From Candidatus Giovannonibacteria bacterium (lineage in GTDB: Bacteria > Patescibacteriota > Minisyncoccia > UBA11713 > 2-01-FULL-45-33), in assembly GCA_016176295.1 (NCBI GenBank), contig JACOXN010000006.1, positions 18,466 to 82,465 on the forward strand: 64,000 nucleotides of DNA. Direction: 5' to 3'. This document shows positions 29,534 to 37,719 of the stretch, piece after piece (positions within the stretch are counted from its first letter, which is position 1; every line of letters starts with the position of its first letter). The notes beneath the pieces are model-generated. The model worked only from the letters and a program-made list of their open reading frames with translations. It made no database searches and was not told the DNA's origin. The position numbers were made by a program, and so were the translations under genes.

Positions 29534-30637
29534 ATGAAAATTAATTGTATTCTGGAAAATCTTAAAGAAGCGGTGCTTATCGCCGAAAGAAATACTTCAA
29601 AGAGCCAAAGTCTTCCGGTGCTTGGTTCGATTTTCATCGGCGCGGAAAACAACAAGATAACTTTGCGGGCCACGAACCTGGAAACAGCTCTCGAAATATT
29701 CATTCCCGGAAAAGTGCAGGAAAGCGGAACGGTAGTAGTGCCCGCGAAAGCTTTCGGTTCCTTTCTTTCCAATATTTCCGGCGACCAGATATTCCTCCAA
29801 AATCAAAAGGACAACCTGTTCGTAAAAACAAGCCAGACTCAGACGGTCTTAAGAGGTTATCCGAAAGATGATTTTCCGCTCTTTCCAAAAATAGAAAAAA
29901 CACATGTTTTTTCTATGTCGGCCCCGGAACTCCTGGAAAGTTTAGGCAGTGTGTCGGCCGCAGCGAGTCTTTCGGATATAAAGCCGGAACTGGCGAGCGT
30001 ATGTTTTAAAATTTTCAAAAATACGATGAAAATTGCTGCCACCGATTCATTTCGCCTTGCGGAGAAGACCATCGTTTCTAAGAATCTAAAAGAAGACAAA
30101 ATGACTACTTTCTTGGTGCCGCAGAGATCGGTCAATGAAATTGCGCGGATATTTGGCAAGGAAAGCATGTTGGAAATAGCTTTGAATAAAAATCAGCTTG
30201 TTATAAGCACGAACGATGTTAAGTTCATATCGCGCCTCACGGAAGGAAAATTTCCGGATTACGAGCAGATAGTGCCAAAAAATTTCACCACGGAGGCGGT
30301 TGTTAAGAAACAGGAATTGGTTCATTTCCTTAAATTAGCCAGCGTTTTCGTCGGCCGTTTGAACGATATCACTTTGTATTTTGATATTTCCAAAAAAACT
30401 TTATCCTTAAGATCTTCCAATGCCGATTTAGGCGAACATATGTCAGAAATAAACTCCACTATTCAGGGAGAAGAAGTGGAGATAAAATTCAACTGGAGAT
30501 ATCTTTTGGACGGCGTTTCCAACATCAACGCGGAGAGTCTGCAGTTCAGTCTTTCCGGCAGCCAGGCTCCCATGCTGCTAAAAGGCAAAGGCGACGCAAC
30601 TTTTTATTACATACTGATGCCGATGAGGGGGATTTGA
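29534..30637 (+). CDS. dnaN: DNA polymerase III beta sliding clamp
   Basis: Three-domain clamp length, synteny after dnaA, and C-terminal ...YILMPMRGI. Confidence 0.92.
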   Translation: MKINCILENLKEAVLIAERNTSKSQSLPVLGSIFIGAENNKITLRATNLETALEIFIPGKVQESGTVVVPAKAFGSFLSNISGDQIFLQNQKDNLFVKTSQTQTVLRGYPKDDFPLFPKIEKTHVFSMSAPELLESLGSVSAAASLSDIKPELASVCFKIFKNTMKIAATDSFRLAEKTIVSKNLKEDKMTTFLVPQRSVNEIARIFGKESMLEIALNKNQLVISTNDVKFISRLTEGKFPDYEQIVPKNFTTEAVVKKQELVHFLKLASVFVGRLNDITLYFDISKKTLSLRSSNADLGEHMSEINSTIQGEEVEIKFNWRYLLDGVSNINAESLQFSLSGSQAPMLLKGKGDATFYYILMPMRGI

Positions 30638-33198
30638 AGTTTGTACTCGGTCATATTTCCGGCGCTGTCGAACAATTTAAGGCTCAAAGGAAGGGAATTT
30701 GAATTGTCCTGCGGTTTGATTGTTTTTAACGTGAAGCTGAACGGGGAATTTTTACTTGTGCCAAGATATGTTTGTGTATCGGATTCAAAATAATCTACCT
30801 GCGCTACGCCGTAAAAGCTGTCGAATTCCGGAGTGAGAGTTATAGTTTCGTCCATATTGTAGGAATTTTTTTGCGGGTCAATTTTTATCTGTTTTACTTT
30901 CGGAAATTTATCCGGCACATGGGTGTTGTCCGTTTCCTTCGGGATGACGCTTTCGTTCTGGTCCTCTAAGCCCCGCGCCCCGGCCCATTCCCTCACTTTC
31001 GTTTCCCAATTGCTAAATTGCGCGTCGTTCCACGGATTGGAGGGCTGAGGTCCCAGCGGGTCGTCTTTATTCAGCCAATAAAGTATGGAGTGAACACCCT
31101 GGATAACTTTTTCGTCTTTCATTTCCTGCGGCGTGTATTCCGTGGCTAATTTCCCGGACAGGCGGTCCACGGAATATTCCACTCCTCCATGCCATTCTCC
31201 TTTCAAAACCGGTTTATTCGCTTCAAAAGGGCCTGGTCTGTCGAAAGTTTCTTCCGGGTGTGAGTTTAAAAAACTACCCATCACTTCGCGCCAGATGGGG
31301 GCTACGATAAATCCCGCCACTTTTTTTTCCATGGGGGTGTTGTCGTTGTTTCCGGCCCAGGCGCCGATAATGACTGAAGGCGTGTAACCCACTATCCAAG
31401 CATCGCGGTAATCATTGGTAGTGCCGGTTTTCGCCGCAACCTCCTTTCCTGGAAAATAGAGCGCCGAAAATTCCCCGAAAGACGGAGCGCGGGCGTTATT
31501 GTCGGAAAGCATCTGGTTCATGGCTTTCGCAATATTTTCGTCTATAACCTGTGAAGGATCCATTTTGGCTTCAAATAAAACATTCGAGTCTTTATCTTCA
31601 ATTTTTAAAATATATCTATGCGGATTGCGGACTCCTTCATTGGCGAATATGCCGTACGCGGAGGTAAGTTCCAAAAGATTTACTTCTCCGCCTCCCAAAA
31701 CGAGTGTCAGGCCGTATCTTTCGGCATTGGCCAGAGTCGTTATGCCGAATTTTTTCGCGGTCTCCAGTGAATTATCGAGTCCTGCGAGATACAGCACCTT
31801 CACTGAAGGAATGTTGAGTGATTGGGCCAGAGCCTCACGGAAAGTTACCGGTCCTCTGAATTTGTTGTCATAATTTCCCGGATGATAACAAATTTTGTCC
31901 GATTCGGCCGGATTTGCGGCATAAACTCCGTTCGGCAGACAATTTACATTAAACTCCGTAAAAATGTCGAACACCACGGTGTCCGGCGTGTAACCTTTTT
32001 TTAGGGCGGTAGCATATACAAACGGCTTGAACGCGGAACCGGGCTGGCGGTTCCGCACGGCGATATTTACCTGCGGGTCGAAAGCGCAATTAACACCCGG
32101 CGAACAATCTTTGGGTTCCGGTTCGCCAAAGAAGTCTTTAGAACCCACCATGGCAAGCACATCGCCGGTTTTAGGGTCAATGGCCACTATGCTCGAATTG
32201 TTCGCGTTAAAGCTCTCCTGGTTGCTTTGAGCGAACTTATTTACGGCATCCTCGGCGCCGGCCTGCAGCGAGACGTCCAGTGTGGTTGTAACCTTAAATC
32301 CTCCGCGTTCGATGACATCGTCGCCAAAAAGTTCGGACAAAGATTCTTTCACTTCGGTCACGAAGTGCGGAGCGGTCATCCCCGAAGAAGCGGAGGTGGG
32401 TTTCGGTGAAAATTTAAGCGGTAATTTTTTTATATTCGCGTCATATTCGTCTTTGGTTATTAATTTCAGGCTTAACATACGCTCGAGAGCGAATTTTGCG
32501 CGGTTGTCTAGATCATCCTTATGTTTTCCGTAAGGAGAATAATAGGTTGTGGCGCGCACCATCGAGGAAAGATAAGCCGATTCGATCAGGTTCAGATCTT
32601 TAGCTTTTTTATTAAAAAAAGTTTCCGCAGCCGCCTCAATGCCGTAAGCGGAACTGCCGAAAGGTATCTGATTTAAATACAGCGCCAATATTTCATCCTT
32701 GGAATATTTTCTTTCGACTTTAAGAGAGAGAATTATTTCCTTTATCTTTCTGGTGATGGTTTTTTCCGGAGTGAGGAAAGTGTTTTTTACCAGCTGCTGG
32801 GTTATAGTGGAGCCGCCCTGTTCGGCGCTGCCGGAAAGAAAGTTGACCAGAACCGCTCTTAAAAGTGAAACTGGCCGGACGCCGAAGTGGGTGTAAAAAG
32901 AATCGTCTTCGAGCGCGATGGCGGAGTTTTTCACATATGCGGGGATATTTTCGAAAGGAATAACGGTCCGGTTTTCTTCACCGTGTATGTCGTAGAGCAT
33001 AGTTGTGCCGGTTCTGTCATAAATTTTGGTGGACTGTGTGACTATTCTTTCATTAAGGTCGTTTAAATCAGGTATCTTTGCCGTCAGCGCCACATAGAGG
33101 ATCCACAGTGTGAAAACACTGAGCGCGGCGGCGGCTCCGATAAAAAAAACCGATATGGTGCTTTTGTGACGTTTCAAAAATGAAGAATATCGTTTCAT
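30607..33198 (-). CDS. Class A penicillin-binding protein (glycosyltransferase plus transpeptidase) with a C-terminal extension
   Basis: GT51 motifs EDDSFYTHFG and GGSTITQQL. Transpeptidase motifs SAFKP, SLN and KTGT. The 3' end overlaps dnaN by 31 nt. Confidence 0.9.
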   Translation of the reverse strand: MKRYSSFLKRHKSTISVFFIGAAAALSVFTLWILYVALTAKIPDLNDLNERIVTQSTKIYDRTGTTMLYDIHGEENRTVIPFENIPAYVKNSAIALEDDSFYTHFGVRPVSLLRAVLVNFLSGSAEQGGSTITQQLVKNTFLTPEKTITRKIKEIILSLKVERKYSKDEILALYLNQIPFGSSAYGIEAAAETFFNKKAKDLNLIESAYLSSMVRATTYYSPYGKHKDDLDNRAKFALERMLSLKLITKDEYDANIKKLPLKFSPKPTSASSGMTAPHFVTEVKESLSELFGDDVIERGGFKVTTTLDVSLQAGAEDAVNKFAQSNQESFNANNSSIVAIDPKTGDVLAMVGSKDFFGEPEPKDCSPGVNCAFDPQVNIAVRNRQPGSAFKPFVYATALKKGYTPDTVVFDIFTEFNVNCLPNGVYAANPAESDKICYHPGNYDNKFRGPVTFREALAQSLNIPSVKVLYLAGLDNSLETAKKFGITTLANAERYGLTLVLGGGEVNLLELTSAYGIFANEGVRNPHRYILKIEDKDSNVLFEAKMDPSQVIDENIAKAMNQMLSDNNARAPSFGEFSALYFPGKEVAAKTGTTNDYRDAWIVGYTPSVIIGAWAGNNDNTPMEKKVAGFIVAPIWREVMGSFLNSHPEETFDRPGPFEANKPVLKGEWHGGVEYSVDRLSGKLATEYTPQEMKDEKVIQGVHSILYWLNKDDPLGPQPSNPWNDAQFSNWETKVREWAGARGLEDQNESVIPKETDNTHVPDKFPKVKQIKIDPQKNSYNMDETITLTPEFDSFYGVAQVDYFESDTQTYLGTSKNSPFSFTLKTIKPQDNSNSLPLSLKLFDSAGNMTEYKLQIPLIGISM

Positions 33199-33250
33199 GC
33201 GGCTTATTATAGGCTATTTTTAGCCCTTATGGTAGAGTAAAAATACTATT

Positions 33251-34414
33251 ATGAAACCAAATGAACAACTGGTTAACGAAGTTCTCCAACGCGGAGTGGA
33301 AGAGGTAATAGACAAAGAACATTTGCGCGGGAGTCTGCTTGCCGGGAAAAAATTGCGGATAAAATTCGGGATTGACCCCACGTCTCCCAATCTGCATCTT
33401 GGGCATGCGGTGGTATTGCGAAAATTAAAACAATTTCAAGAGTTGGGTCATAAAATTGTTTTTGTTATAGGAGACTATACCGCGCGCATCGGAGATCCGA
33501 CCGGTGTTTCAAAAACAAGGCAGGAACTGACCCAAAAAGAAGTAGAGCGTAATATGAAACATTATGTTTTACAGGCGCAAAAAATTCTGGATTTTAAAAA
33601 GGTTGAGGTTTGTTGGAATAGCAGATGGCTGCGAAAATTAGAGGGGAAAAAAATGTTTGAACTTTTGAGTATGGTGAGTGTAAATCAAATGTTGGAAAGG
33701 GATGATTTTGGCCAGAGAATATCTAATCATAGATCGGTAAGGATTCATGAGTTTTTATACCCCATATTGCAGGGTTATGATTCGGTTGTTTTAAAGACGG
33801 ATATAGAGGTGGGCGGCAAAGACCAACTTTTGAATATGCTCATGGGAAGAACGCTAATGGAAAAGTTCAATCTGAAGCCGCAGGATATTCTTACTGTGGG
33901 TCTGTTGGAAGGCACGGACGGAGTTCGTAAAATGAGCAAGAGCTACGGAAATGATATCGCGTTCGGAGAAAAACCGAATGATATGTTTGGGAAGATTATG
34001 TCCGTGCCGGATAATCTGGTGCATAAATATTTTGAATTGTTAACGGACATCAAACCGGAAAGTTTAAAAAAAATATCCTCATTTGAACAAAAAAAGAAAC
34101 TCGCGGGAGCTGTCGTACTGTTCATACATTCCAAGAAAGACGCGGATGTCGCGCGCGATTATTTTGAAAAAGTATTTTCCAAAAAAGAAATTCCCGAAGA
34201 CCTAGAAATCATTGAGGCCGCAACCGGAGAAAAATGGACTGACATTCTTGTCAGAGCAAAATTATCTTCTTCCAAGTCGGAGGCCTCACGCCTGATAAAA
34301 GGCGGCGGGTTGAGTCTCGACGGGGTCAAGATCGCGCGGCCGGACGAAATAGTTTTGGCGGGGGGCGTTTTAAAGATAGGAAAACACAAATTTATCAGGT
34401 TGAAGTTTAAATAA
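33251..34414 (+). CDS. tyrS: Tyrosyl-tRNA synthetase
   Basis: HLGH (HIGH) and KMSKS motifs, with a C-terminal S4-like domain. Confidence 0.9.
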   Translation: MKPNEQLVNEVLQRGVEEVIDKEHLRGSLLAGKKLRIKFGIDPTSPNLHLGHAVVLRKLKQFQELGHKIVFVIGDYTARIGDPTGVSKTRQELTQKEVERNMKHYVLQAQKILDFKKVEVCWNSRWLRKLEGKKMFELLSMVSVNQMLERDDFGQRISNHRSVRIHEFLYPILQGYDSVVLKTDIEVGGKDQLLNMLMGRTLMEKFNLKPQDILTVGLLEGTDGVRKMSKSYGNDIAFGEKPNDMFGKIMSVPDNLVHKYFELLTDIKPESLKKISSFEQKKKLAGAVVLFIHSKKDADVARDYFEKVFSKKEIPEDLEIIEAATGEKWTDILVRAKLSSSKSEASRLIKGGGLSLDGVKIARPDEIVLAGGVLKIGKHKFIRLKFK

Positions 34415-34426
34415 ACAAAGAAAAGA

Positions 34427-34456
34427 AAACCACCCCGCATTCGCGGGGTGGTTTTC
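34427..34456. terminator. Rho-independent (bidirectional) terminator
   Basis: AAAACCACCCCGC-ATTC-GCGGGGTGGTTTT, flanked by A and T runs. Confidence 0.8.
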
Positions 34457-34472
34457 TTTGATTACACAAAAA

Positions 34473-34616
34473 TTATTCTTCCAAATCTTCTTCCAACTCC
34501 CAGGAGCTAAGATCTTCGAGATCCTCTTCCGGGTCCTCGTTCGAATCAACGTCCTCATCCAAGCCTCCCGGCTCGGTGTCTTCTTTTGGTTCGTCGTTGT
34601 CGATAAAATCCGGCAT
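34473..34616 (-). CDS. Small, very acidic ORF (47 aa), hypothetical
   Basis: Translated by hand as MPDFIDNDEPKEDTEPGGLDEDVDSNEDPEEDLEDLSSWELEEDLEE. It ends just before the terminator and has no clear SD. Confidence 0.25.
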   Translation of the reverse strand: MPDFIDNDEPKEDTEPGGLDEDVDSNEDPEEDLEDLSSWELEEDLEE

Positions 34617-34684
34617 ACCGATGGTAAAATTTCTTAATAATTTTAAAAAAATTCGACCGATGTCAAAAGAATAAGAGAGTTTAA

Positions 34685-35179
34685 TTATGAAGGCAAATAT
34701 TGGTGTGGATAACCTGTGTGCACAAGGGCCGTTAACGCTAAGGCTATGGCGTCAGTTTCGTCGTCCAAAAGCTTTTCCGTGGGCATTTTTATGGAATATC
34801 CAAGCATTGAAGCTACGTCTTTTTTATCCGCCCGGCCGTATCCGCAGACCGCCATTTTGACCTCGAGCGGAGTGAATTCCCGGATGACGGCCTTATATTT
34901 TTGGGAGGCGGTCAATATAGCGCCTCTTACCTCGCCGATCACCGAAGCGGTCTTTAAATTTTTCGCGAAGAAAAGTTTTTCAACACTTATCATGTCGGGG
35001 TTTTCTTTTTGAATAAGCTTTTCCAAAAAATCATAAATTTCGAACAACCTTTCCGGGGTAGGCTGAGTTTTTAACGTTCTTTTTACGCCCGAAGACATTC
35101 TTTCGATATTACCTTCATTTTTTTTGAGTATCGCCCATCCGAGTCTTTCTATTCCCGGATCGATGCCTAATACTTTCAT
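34685..35179 (-). CDS. ruvC: Holliday junction resolvase RuvC
   Basis: Start taken at MKVLGIDPGIERLGWAIL (catalytic Asp). The ORF-track extension overlaps yebC. Confidence 0.88.
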   Translation of the reverse strand: MKVLGIDPGIERLGWAILKKNEGNIERMSSGVKRTLKTQPTPERLFEIYDFLEKLIQKENPDMISVEKLFFAKNLKTASVIGEVRGAILTASQKYKAVIREFTPLEVKMAVCGYGRADKKDVASMLGYSIKMPTEKLLDDETDAIALALTALVHTGYPHQYLPS

Positions 35180-35180
35180 G

Positions 35181-35729
35181 TCATTGGGCGGATGATGTTT
35201 CCGCGTTCGAGTAGACCTCCTGCACGTCTTCGTTGTCATCAAGCGCGGAAAGAAGATCCTCAAAAAGTTTGGAATCGTGTTCCGAGAGGGTGAGAGGAAA
35301 TTTGGCGGTAAACTCCATCCCTTTTTTATCAAAGGCCCACATGGCGGAGCCGTGTTCGCCTAGTTTTCCACCATGAAGGGAAAGAGTGTGTTTTATCTCG
35401 TTCGTTGTCCGGTTGGAGTTATCCGTGATCGCGGTAACTATCAGAGCCGATCCTCCGGGTCCGTAAGCTTCGTAAAGAACTTCTTTCAATTCGGAGCTGT
35501 CTTTTTCCGCGGCTCTTTTGACGGCCCGCTCGATGTTTTCCTTGGGTAAGTTCACGGCTTTCGCTTCTTCGATGGCCGCCGCAAGTTTGGAATTTGACCG
35601 CGGGTCTCCGCCCATCTCTTTGACCGCGATCGTGATGACTTTTGAAAGTTTGGAAAAAAGCTGGCCGCGTTTCGCGTCCGAGGCTGTTTTTTTATGTTTT
35701 ATTTGCGCCCATTTTGAATGTCCGGACAT
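35181..35729 (-). CDS. yebC: YebC/PmpR-family DNA-binding regulator (short form)
   Basis: MSGHSKWAQIKHKKTASDAKRGQLFSKL, the canonical N-terminus. Confidence 0.85.
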   Translation of the reverse strand: MSGHSKWAQIKHKKTASDAKRGQLFSKLSKVITIAVKEMGGDPRSNSKLAAAIEEAKAVNLPKENIERAVKRAAEKDSSELKEVLYEAYGPGGSALIVTAITDNSNRTTNEIKHTLSLHGGKLGEHGSAMWAFDKKGMEFTAKFPLTLSEHDSKLFEDLLSALDDNEDVQEVYSNAETSSAQ

Positions 35730-35733
35730 ATTT

Positions 35734-36237
35734 TTATGCTGTTCGTTGTTTTCTTGCCTCCGATAAAATTACTTCCTTGGCTTTATATACGCCGGGAACT
35801 TGTTTTATGGAAAAAGAGCGTTCCCCGGCCGTTTGTATCGTTATATTTCCGTATTTCAGCACGGTAGCGGTCATGTTCGGGATTTCAATGGTAACGTCTT
35901 GGACTTTGTTGATCATAAATTCGGATATCTCGCGTTTAAAGAGGCCGCTTTGTTCGATATCCACGATCCTCTCATTGGTAATTATCCAAACATCCAGATA
36001 ATAATCAAGCCAGGCCAAAAAAGTAAAAAGAACTATGAGCATGGAATAAATAACAGTAAAGAACCAAAAAAAAGGCCAGGAAACATATTGGACGGTTATA
36101 TCGAAAGATTTAATGAGCGCGGCTGCCGGGTAGGGTAGTATCAAAATGAAAAGACCGAGTACCAGTCGTTCCGCGATGACTATCCAATGCCGGTGCATAA
36201 CGAGCAAAATCTCCTCTTTTTCATGCAGATTTATCAT
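35734..36237 (-). CDS. Membrane protein with a bacterial PH domain (YdbS/YdbT-like)
   Basis: Two TM helices followed by a PH-like region (ITNERIVDIEQSGLFKREISEF...). Confidence 0.6.
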   Translation of the reverse strand: MINLHEKEEILLVMHRHWIVIAERLVLGLFILILPYPAAALIKSFDITVQYVSWPFFWFFTVIYSMLIVLFTFLAWLDYYLDVWIITNERIVDIEQSGLFKREISEFMINKVQDVTIEIPNMTATVLKYGNITIQTAGERSFSIKQVPGVYKAKEVILSEARKQRTA

Positions 36238-36437
36238 ATTAATACCGGCAAATTAAAGAATAAAACTGCCGAAATAACCGTTAATATTATGGTAATGCTT
36301 AAAAAAACTTTAACGGATAAGTAGGAAAGGTCTTTTTTGGTGGAGAATTCTTTAACGTGCCATAAAATAGCCAGCACGAAGAACCAATAAACTGCCAAAA
36401 AAACACCGTAAATAGCTAATATCAGCCAAAAATTCAT
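36234..36437 (-). CDS. Small two-TM membrane protein
   Basis: 67 aa and hydrophobic. Overlaps the downstream gene's start by 4 nt. Confidence 0.45.
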   Translation of the reverse strand: MNFWLILAIYGVFLAVYWFFVLAILWHVKEFSTKKDLSYLSVKVFLSITIILTVISAVLFFNLPVLI

Positions 36438-36465
36438 ATCTCAATATTATCACTTTAGTAGCACT

Positions 36466-37488
36466 TTACACCAATTTTTGCTGCGGAGGTATTACCCCAA
36501 GGTGTTCATAGGCGCGCGGTGTGGCGATGCGGCCGCGGGTGGTGCGGTCCAAAAATCCGAGCTGCATCAGATAAGGTTCAGAAACTTCTTCAATGGTATC
36601 CTCTTCTTCCCGAAGCGAGGCCGCAATGGTGCCGATGCCCACGGGCCCGCCGGAAAATTTGCGGATAATCGTGTCCAATATTTTAATATCCAGCGTTTCA
36701 AGGCCTTTTTCGTCTATTTCCAAAAGGGCGAGAGCTTTTTTGGCGAGCTCTTCGGTTACAATACCTTCGCCGTGGACTTCGGCGTAATCGCGGGCGCGTT
36801 TTAAAAGGCGGTTCGCTATGCGGGGAGTGAATCGCGAGCGGGAAGCGATGGTGTTTATAGCCTCATCCTTTATTTCTACGCCCAGTATCCCCGCCGACCT
36901 TCTGATTATTTTTTCAATATCTCCCTGGTTGTAAAAATCCAAACGGAAAGAACCTCCGGAAAAACGGGACCGGAAAGGAGAAGAGAGGAGCGCGATCCGG
37001 GTTGTCGCCGCAACCATGGTAAATTGCGGCAGTTCAAGCTGTAAAGTGCGCGCGGTGGGTCCCTTGCCGATGATAATGTCGAGAGAACGGTTCTCCATCG
37101 CCGGGTAGAGCGATTCTTCGACAAGTTTATTCAAACGATGTACTTCGTCTATGAACAATATGTCTCCCGGAGAGATATTTGTGAGGATGGATGCGAGATC
37201 ACCTACTTTTTCGATGGCCGGGCCGGATGTTATTTTTATTTGAGCATTTATTTCTTTGGCGACCAGATGGGCGAGCGTGGTTTTTCCGAGGCCGGCCGGG
37301 CCGTGGAAAAGCATATGTTCAACCGGTTCACCCCTTTTTTTGGCGGCTTCAATGAGAATTTTTAGATTCCTTTTGATATTTTCCTGTCCGATATATTCAT
37401 TAAAGGTTCCGGGGCGCAAAGCTAAATCCAGCGATTTGTCCTCGCTCCGTTTTTTCGTTATAGGGGGATCTTTTTCAGCTCTTGACAT
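36466..37488 (-). CDS. ruvB: Holliday junction helicase RuvB
   Basis: Walker A GPAGLGKTTLA, Walker B DEVHRL, and the conserved C-terminal winged helix. Confidence 0.95.
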   Translation of the reverse strand: MSRAEKDPPITKKRSEDKSLDLALRPGTFNEYIGQENIKRNLKILIEAAKKRGEPVEHMLFHGPAGLGKTTLAHLVAKEINAQIKITSGPAIEKVGDLASILTNISPGDILFIDEVHRLNKLVEESLYPAMENRSLDIIIGKGPTARTLQLELPQFTMVAATTRIALLSSPFRSRFSGGSFRLDFYNQGDIEKIIRRSAGILGVEIKDEAINTIASRSRFTPRIANRLLKRARDYAEVHGEGIVTEELAKKALALLEIDEKGLETLDIKILDTIIRKFSGGPVGIGTIAASLREEEDTIEEVSEPYLMQLGFLDRTTRGRIATPRAYEHLGVIPPQQKLV

Positions 37489-37553
37489 TATTAAAATTAT
37501 TTGCTATACTGCCTGAAATTAGCTTTATTTACAGATTAATATGCGTTTCTGCC

Positions 37554-37712
37554 AATTAGTCTCTGGGCGATTATTCCTAATATAGGAATAGCTGGTTTTC
37601 TCTCAGACTCGGATAACCTTGTGCCTACTTTTAGTATGATTTACTCGGTTACTCCTCAGAGAATACCTAAGCTCTGTCTACCCATGGACGAGCAATCGCC
37701 TAGAGACTAATT
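37554..37712. ncRNA. 159-nt structured element closed by 19-bp terminal inverted repeats (candidate sRNA or MITE)
   Basis: AATTAGTCTCTGGGCGATT (37554-37572) pairs with AATCGCCTAGAGACTAATT (37694-37712). The only mismatch would be G:U in a plus-strand RNA. Three internal hairpins can be drawn, including TATTCCTA-ATA-TAGGAATA. No ORF. Confidence 0.45.
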
Positions 37713-37719
37713 AGCGGAA

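Noticed and set aside
30607-30637. The 31-nt convergent overlap of the dnaN and PBP 3' ends, considered as a regulatory feature.
   Set aside because: Both C-termini look authentic. Short convergent overlaps are common in compact genomes, and no additional structure is evident.
37554-37712. Assigning the structured element to a TPP or cobalamin riboswitch, SRP RNA, tmRNA or RNase P RNA.
   Set aside because: None of the conserved signature sequences I recall is present on either strand, and there is no suitable downstream gene for a riboswitch.
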